Assembly: GCA_048886685.1 (NCBI GenBank)
Contig: JBHLKM010000025.1
Location: 1-40,393, forward strand
DNA: 40,393 nucleotides
Direction of reading: 5' to 3'
Source of the DNA: Candidatus Hodarchaeota archaeon
GTDB lineage: Archaea > Asgardarchaeota > Lokiarchaeia > Sigyniarchaeales > SOKP01
Part shown: positions 37,573-40,393 of the stretch, in pieces
Position numbering within the stretch: the first letter of the stretch is position 1
How the letters are laid out: each line of letters begins with the position of its first letter
Translations under genes and position numbers: made by a program
The notes under the pieces: model-generated
The model's input: only the letters and a program-made list of their open reading frames with translations
Database searches by the model: none
What the model was told of the DNA's origin: nothing

Positions 37573-38244
37573 TTATGTCCAAATTAATTGTGGTAAGTAA
37601 TTCTTATATGTATCGCCATCTGTTAGTACAAAAGGAAGCATATTATCTCCCGTATTATTCCATTCACTTGAATACAACTTCGAAAATCCACCTTCCCCCA
37701 TTACTGCGATTGAGAAAGTCGGTGTTGTAATATTAGTAATATAGTCAGAAATATCAATAAAGTCAAAACCGATTGTAAACGTATTTATCTCACTAACAGA
37801 GTTATCAAATTTCCAATAAATCTCGACATCTCCCATATAATTTCCGTATCCGTCCCATTCCTCTTCTGTCCAATTACCTTCAAATAGATATACATCTGAA
37901 CTTCCTGTTGCTCCTCCAAAATATGTATAAAGAGAGATCTCGCATTTTAACCATCTCTTCGGTTTGTTTCTCAAATCAAATCTCATTAGAAACCCTCTTC
38001 CCTCTCCAATTGGAACGGAATCATAATCATAGGCAATCTTGACAGAACTACTAAAAGGATCTGTCCCACCTCGTATCTCTATATCATCTATCGCAATATA
38101 ATACCTTTTTGGTTTTGATAAATCTATAGTTGATATAGAAATTCCAATAATAAGTCCTGATGTAAAAACAAGAGCAAAGATCAAGATCAGTTTCTTATTT
38201 TCTTTTAACTTTCTAATTATTGATTCTTTATCCGCTTCAATCAC
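37573..38244 (-). CDS. Membrane-anchored DNRLRE/disaggregatase-like beta-sandwich protein
   Basis: N-terminal TM; RGFLMRFDL...P......EISLY, W.E..W, IDISDYI, YSSE, LPQL. Confidence 0.6.
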   Translation of the reverse strand: MIEADKESIIRKLKENKKLILIFALVFTSGLIIGISISTIDLSKPKRYYIAIDDIEIRGGTDPFSSSVKIAYDYDSVPIGEGRGFLMRFDLRNKPKRWLKCEISLYTYFGGATGSSDVYLFEGNWTEEEWDGYGNYMGDVEIYWKFDNSVSEINTFTIGFDFIDISDYITNITTPTFSIAVMGEGGFSKLYSSEWNNTGDNMLPFVLTDGDTYKNYLPQLIWT

Positions 38245-38428
38245 TTCCTTTATTTATTAATTCCATAATTTTTAATTCTTTAATTGTTAAATCTAATTCT
38301 GAAATTCTATTCCATAAACGTACAAAATCTTTATTCCTTTTTTGCTTAATCCAAATAAGACATTCTAACATCTCAAAAACATTATAAACTCTTTCTATAA
38401 ACTCATTTTTAGTAATTTCTTTAACCAT
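38237..38428 (-). CDS. Small hypothetical protein
   Basis: 63 aa, overlaps next gene, GTGATGG RBS. Confidence 0.55.
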   Translation of the reverse strand: MVKEITKNEFIERVYNVFEMLECLIWIKQKRNKDFVRLWNRISELDLTIKELKIMELINKGSD

Positions 38429-38456
38429 TTAAACCATCACTAATATAATTTAGTTC

Positions 38457-38633
38457 TTATTTATTTAATTTTTTTAATATTTTTCTTTCTTGCTTACCTT
38501 CTATTATATCTTTTAATTTCTCAACAATCTCTATTAATCCATCTATAATCTTATCATCCTTTTCAAAAGGAATAATAAAATTTTCCAATTTGGAAATTAT
38601 CCAATATACCTTTTTTGTATTTTTCCTGTTCAC
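38457..38633 (-). CDS. Small hypothetical protein (58 aa, absent from ORF track)
   Basis: GTG start, MNRKNTKKVYWIISKLENF...KLNK*, packed between neighbours. Confidence 0.5.
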   Translation of the reverse strand: MNRKNTKKVYWIISKLENFIIPFEKDDKIIDGLIEIVEKLKDIIEGKQERKILKKLNK

Positions 38634-38643
38634 TTAAACCATC

Positions 38644-38829
38644 TTATTTAGTTATTTCAATACCACAATCAAAACAGAAACCCTTTTCGGTATAGGCTCA
38701 ACTGCATTTGGGACAATATACAAGCCCTTCGATAAGCTTTTCACCACAATATCGGCAAACTGTCTCTTCATAATAGTGTTTGGGCTTTTTCTTGAAATTG
38801 TGTTTCATATTACAATATGGACATGTCAT
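38644..38829 (-). pseudogene. Four-CxxC double zinc-ribbon protein interrupted by in-frame TGA
   Basis: MTCPYC...CRYCG...CPKCS*AYTEKGFCFDCGIEITK*. Confidence 0.65.
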
Positions 38830-38839
38830 TATTCATACC

Positions 38840-39149
38840 TCATACTATTGACCTGTCTCTTTCTTCTTTATCCTCTTCGCCAAAATCCCTTTCATATTCA
38901 TCCATCTCTTTTCTGAGTCTGAGAATTCGCCATAATTCAAGTCTCGAAAGCATAAGAGATGTTCTTCTTTGTTTTATTGCGAGTTTGATTTCTGTAAGCA
39001 TTAGTTTCTTGTATTCTAATTCTTGCGCTTTTATTTCTGTATCAAATTCGTTAATCAATTCTCGAATTTCAATTAGGGCTTTTGTTGAATCTGTTTCTTT
39101 CTTGGTTATTACATATTTAATCTTTTCGAATAATTCTTTTAGTTCGATT
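38840..39149 (-). CDS. Coiled-coil hypothetical protein; natural start apparently lost (ATC after RBS)
   Basis: Frame open upstream of track start 39058 to GGAAGTGAAAATAAA-ATC GAA CTA AAA. Confidence 0.45.
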
Positions 39150-39176
39150 TTATTTTCACTTCCTTTTATTTTAATC

Positions 39177-39491
39177 TTATTTTCTCGTTGAAAGTGTTCC
39201 TAATAAACCCTTCCCAAAGCTCTCAATAAAGTCTGCCCAATAATCTTGAAAGTCTTCTTCAGACCGACCACTCTCTATAAACACATTCTTTATATCTTTC
39301 CTTAATTCTGTAAGAATATCAAAATATTTAAATTCTTTACCACATTTCTCGCATATTTCTACATTGAAATCATATTGTATATTACAATTATCACAATAAT
39401 AATTGCTTAATTGTCGTGTTTGAACATTTAAAACTGTCAATCTTATATTCTGTAATAATAGTTCAGTATCTTTTTTTTCCACTTTACCCAC
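39177..39491 (-). CDS. Zinc-ribbon hypothetical protein
   Basis: CDNC...CEKCG. Confidence 0.6.
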   Translation of the reverse strand: MGKVEKKDTELLLQNIRLTVLNVQTRQLSNYYCDNCNIQYDFNVEICEKCGKEFKYFDILTELRKDIKNVFIESGRSEEDFQDYWADFIESFGKGLLGTLSTRK

Positions 39492-39645
39492 TTCCTTTTA
39501 TCTAATTTACTCCTGAAGAATAAGGAATTTAATTTGATTTTAATAGAATCTTTAGAATTAATAGATTTTTTACTTTCTTGTGAAATAAATAAAATTATCT
39601 TCTTATAAATTTAAATTAAAAAAAGAAAAAAAATGTTGATTTGAA

Positions 39646-39843
39646 TTATTCTGAACCAAATACCATTCCTATGATTTGTTCATAAGTTAGAAAATATTGA
39701 AATATATTCTCAGGAGTATCTTTTAAACATTCTATATCTTTTTCAAGAAAATCTTCTATTATCGTTTCCATAGGTTGTCTGATAAATTCAGCAAATTTCT
39801 TAATTTGGCCGTATAACTTTTCATTAATTTCTACACTTGGCAT
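39646..39843 (-). CDS. RHH/CopG-like small DNA-binding protein
   Basis: MPSVEINEKLYGQIKKFAEFIRQPMETIIEDFL; AGGTGA RBS. Confidence 0.6.
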   Translation of the reverse strand: MPSVEINEKLYGQIKKFAEFIRQPMETIIEDFLEKDIECLKDTPENIFQYFLTYEQIIGMVFGSE

Positions 39844-40085
39844 TCTTTATCACCTGTTCTTTTCTTTAATTCTTCAATCTCATATCATTTTGCTCTATTT
39901 TGAGATCGTTTGACTTGTAAATCTCTACAAACTTATTTACGTTTTCTGGTTTGAAATTGCTTTCTTTTGGGATATTATTCATATTTACTTTAATCATTTT
40001 TTTAATACATCTCACTATTTATTTTAGGAATTAAATAACATGATATAATTAACGATATTCCTATTTAAATCTGAGTAAATAAAAA

Positions 40086-40102
40086 TATAGACAATGTCTA
40101 TA
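40086..40102. promoter_or_regulatory. Perfect 8-1-8 palindrome, candidate operator
   Basis: TATAGACA-A-TGTCTATA upstream of the small-ORF block. Confidence 0.45.
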
Positions 40103-40188
40103 CATTAAATTAAGGATTTGGTTTAGTTCTTATTTTTTAAACTACACTCAACTTATTTCTATTAAAAAAAAATAAAAAGAGTTAAAAT

Positions 40189-40332
40189 TTATCGTCTTCT
40201 TCTATTCCTATTAAGTCCAACTTTAAGAAGGATATAACCACCAACTAACAATGCTCCGATTATAAGCATAACTACCAGAAAGCCACCGACACCACCAAAG
40301 ATCCCTCCAAAAAGACTTAAGATTTTCTTCAA
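40189..40332 (-). CDS. 47-aa Gly-rich membrane peptide with poly-Arg tail (or 3' remnant of a membrane-anchored protein)
   Basis: MKKILSLFGGIFGGVGGFLVVMLIIGALLVGGYILLKVGLNRNRRRR* (TTG start). Confidence 0.45.
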   Translation of the reverse strand: MKKILSLFGGIFGGVGGFLVVMLIIGALLVGGYILLKVGLNRNRRRR

Positions 40333-40393
40333 ATTTTTTGTTTTCTATAATATCTCTTATTTCTATGAATAAATTAAGTGTTGGAAAGAACAT

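Larger units (their letters stand above)
36629..40393 (-). mobile_element. Putative degraded provirus / integrated element (runs off window)
   Basis: About ten tightly packed co-oriented small ORFs, RHH and Zn-finger proteins, shared GGAAGTG/GGTGA RBS, several lesions; no integrase or capsid gene seen. Confidence 0.5.

Noticed and set aside
2603-39191. Short ORFs antisense to or overlapping confident genes (e.g. 2603, 4002, 4443, 5081, 6957, 9743, 10310, 12366, 13567, 15002, 15383, 16655, 17294, 17539, 18750, 25416, 26270, 28227, 28341, 33696, 38817)
   Set aside because: Shadow frames with no motifs or RBS.

Overview
AT-rich archaeal window, most consistent with an Asgard (Lokiarchaeia-like) genome: two C-terminal IPGY-TM-basic (Loki-CTERM-type) sorting signals, a TPR-longin protein, a longin-GTPase-like protein and GGTGA/GGAAGTG-type RBSs. 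It has three zones. (1) ~750-11,620 is an accessory island in which eight same-orientation copies of a 45-bp structured intergenic repeat (consensus GAAAGGTAAATTCAGCGTCTGATTTCAATGAAAATTCCTTTGAAA; three copies have a ~35-bp left extension) separate mostly single-gene units (TPR protein, GPP34/GOLPH3-like, beta-lactamase-family hydrolase, beta-helix surface protein, MaoC hydratase and others). This looks like a cassette array built by site-specific integration, but the repeat is not a canonical attC, and no recombinase is present in the window. (2) ~11,660-36,000 holds mostly metabolic and housekeeping genes (tandem nitronate monooxygenase/FabK-like paralogues, NUDIX, SDR, MBL hydrolase, aldo/keto reductase, nadE, orphan m6A MTase, ZIP transporter, Hsp20/PadR, nitroreductase), plus several pseudogenes (VanZ-like, a duplication-frameshifted membrane gene, a TnpB 3' remnant, a TrpE fragment). 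(3) ~36,600 to the end is a co-oriented block of small ORFs resembling a decayed provirus or plasmid. All calls are from visual motif reading; no database searches were run.
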